NCBI RefSeq assembly: GCF_002571385.2
Contig: NW_019217794.1
Span: 652,239-716,238, forward strand
Direction: 5' to 3'
DNA length: 64,000 bases
From: Stylophora pistillata
Lineage: Eukaryota
Position 1 is the first letter of the stretch; every line of letters begins with the position of its first letter. The notes beneath the pieces are model-generated. The model was not told the DNA's origin. It ran no database searches and worked only from the letters and a program-made list of their open reading frames with translations. Of this stretch, positions 62,101-64,000 are shown in pieces. The translations under genes were made by a program, and so were the position numbers.

Positions 62101-62688
62101 ATTTGCATAAGAAATCATGTTATTTACTTATTGACAATTAACTTCTGAAAAAAGCATCACTGAAAGTCAAGACAGACAAAATTTTGACAGCATGTGCTAT
62201 TTGTAAGTTGCACCCATGTTACATGAAAAGTGCACTTGTTTTCAGCCAATCAGAAGTGCACAATTTTTTCATGTGTATTAACCTATTTATAGCATAAATT
62301 GAACATCTTTGTGTGGGTTTGTTGTGCTGACTGATGGGCTATTGTGTTATGTTCTTGAGTATGACACTTGATACTCACAGCATCTCTCCACCCAGGTGCC
62401 TCAGTGGATGCCGCTGATAAGCTGCTGGCCAGATAACCCACAATGGACTAGTCTACTATTCAGTTCAATTAACAATAGTCCTAAATATGCTTTGGCCGCA
62501 TGGGTTGCTTTCTTTAATTGTCAATCTTTTAAGGCTGTGAGCCTCGCAGCCAAACCATGAAAAAGAACAACAACAGCTCTAGTATTTTTAAGCTATCAAT
62601 CTGTCAACTGATAACTGTTTGCATTTTTCCAAGGGAGTAAAGCCCATAGGTTATGATGCCTCCAATAATATTTATTGGTACTTTGATG
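59110..62688 (+). CDS. CECR2-like DDT/WHIM chromatin-remodelling adaptor, 5' part (6 exons; continues beyond the window)
   Basis: Exons 59110-59131, 59362-59468, 59757-59851, 60015-60123, 61800-61907 and 62634-62688 are in frame. DDT-like MRSMWEF..VSQFL..F....FTAEELENAF; WHIM1-like Y.DL.PEGRVLLLKQL; WHIM2-like PIGYDASNNIYWYFD. Confidence 0.75.
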
Positions 62689-64000
62689 GTAAGTGTGCAT
62701 ATTTAGAATGTTTTAAGCAGAAATCATTGTTTATACAGCGGAGCATGCGTATAAATAAAAATCTCTTATTAATTGGGTTAGAGTATATGGAATTTAAATA
62801 GCAGTTGGAAATTTATCGTTACTTTGCTCATAACTTTTTTACTTATTTTAACCAATTCTTCTCTCCAAGGCTTTTTTATTGTCAGATGTGAGTTATTTTT
62901 GAAACAAAATGTTTGAAATAATGATGCATGCAAAAAAAATGAGTAGTTTTGTAGGAAAGTAAAACAAGACTGAACAAGCACTTTTATTTTGTTTAAAGAT
63001 GAAAATGAAAGTTGAACATCTGTGGCCTTTTTTCCCCTGCCAATAACATATCCATCAGTGGTTATTAGTATGTACAATGCCTATTCACTCTTGCTTTTTT
63101 TTAAATCAAGTCTTTTTAAAACTATTATGTGGATGGTGACAATAATCGATGAGTAATGACTGCAAGAGTCTTTCCTAAACAAAAAATGTATTTCTTGCGG
63201 ACAAATATCGATGTATTATTGCTAGAGAGAAATACTATATTTTAGTACGATTGTGCTATTAGTAGACAATAACTGCCTGCAGAGTGAAAGTTCCAGCTAG
63301 ACAACCATGTTGTAGGTCATAGACTAAACAATTGATCAAGCTGATTGTTGAAATTATCTGATGAATTTTTTAATGTCAAGGTCAGGGCTAGGCTTCAAAA
63401 CATGATCACTTGTTCATTATGAACCAGCCTCGGAACATTTTACTAATGAAGCACTCTCCACTAAGCTTAGATGATGTCTTTATCTAAGCTCAGGTTCTTA
63501 GTTAACTTTAATCACCCGCAGCTATACTTTTCAACTTCATTTTTACCCTTTGCAATTAAATGCAACTGAACCTAGTGCATCTTTTATGAACAGGTCTTGA
63601 TTTTAGTGTAATTTAGATAAATTGGGTATTAAGTTAACCATGATGGAATTGTAGAATTTCTCTGATATTTATTTTAGAAGGACTGTTAATCATATGTATT
63701 GTGCTAGTGAGTATTACAACAAACCAAAATGACAAACTGGCATATCTTCATAATATAATGACCATAATGCAAACACTGTTGGTTTACCAAAGTACAAAGA
63801 GTCTGAATGTGTCTGTAGAAACTGTCTGTATTACTTATCAGTTTCTGTAATCAGTACTTTCAGGAATAGGGGGGTCAAAGCTGTTGTTTTACTGATTAAT
63901 ATCCAGTCCAGCATCTATTGATAGTCTGTAAGACCAAAACTCAGTGTTGGTGTATTTTGAAATCGATGCTTTACACAGAATTAAAATGGAACTGCCTCCT

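Overview
Eukaryotic, AT-rich, intron-rich animal DNA. The repeat families (tRNA-like repeats, Nin/CORE SINEs, Penelope-like elements with minimal hammerheads, Kolobok MITEs) suggest a cnidarian, probably a stony coral; this is inference. Bases 1-15,000 are a repeat-dense region containing an old ~1.5-kb duplication, three copies of a putative signal-peptide first exon (minus strand), and nested retroelements. Five protein-coding genes can be assembled by hand from canonical GT-AG exons: (1) CTBS-like GH18 chitobiase (+, 4 exons, 365 aa); (2) a RIC-3-like two-TM/coiled-coil protein carrying an in-frame BIR-domain cassette exon (-, 4 exons, 306 aa); (3) SUPT5H (-, ~31 exons); (4) WDR4 (+, 11 exons, 413 aa), head-to-head with SUPT5H and only 149 bp between start codons; (5) the 5' part of a CECR2-like DDT/WHIM gene (+) that runs off the window. 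The most interesting observations are the RIC-3/BIR fusion; a class of hairpin + subterminal-IR elements, one of which inserted with no target-site duplication; a circularly permuted ~250-bp tRNA-Thr-like retroelement; and an intact minimal hammerhead ribozyme on the sense strand of a WDR4 intron. All exon coordinates and family calls were made by eye, with no database searches.
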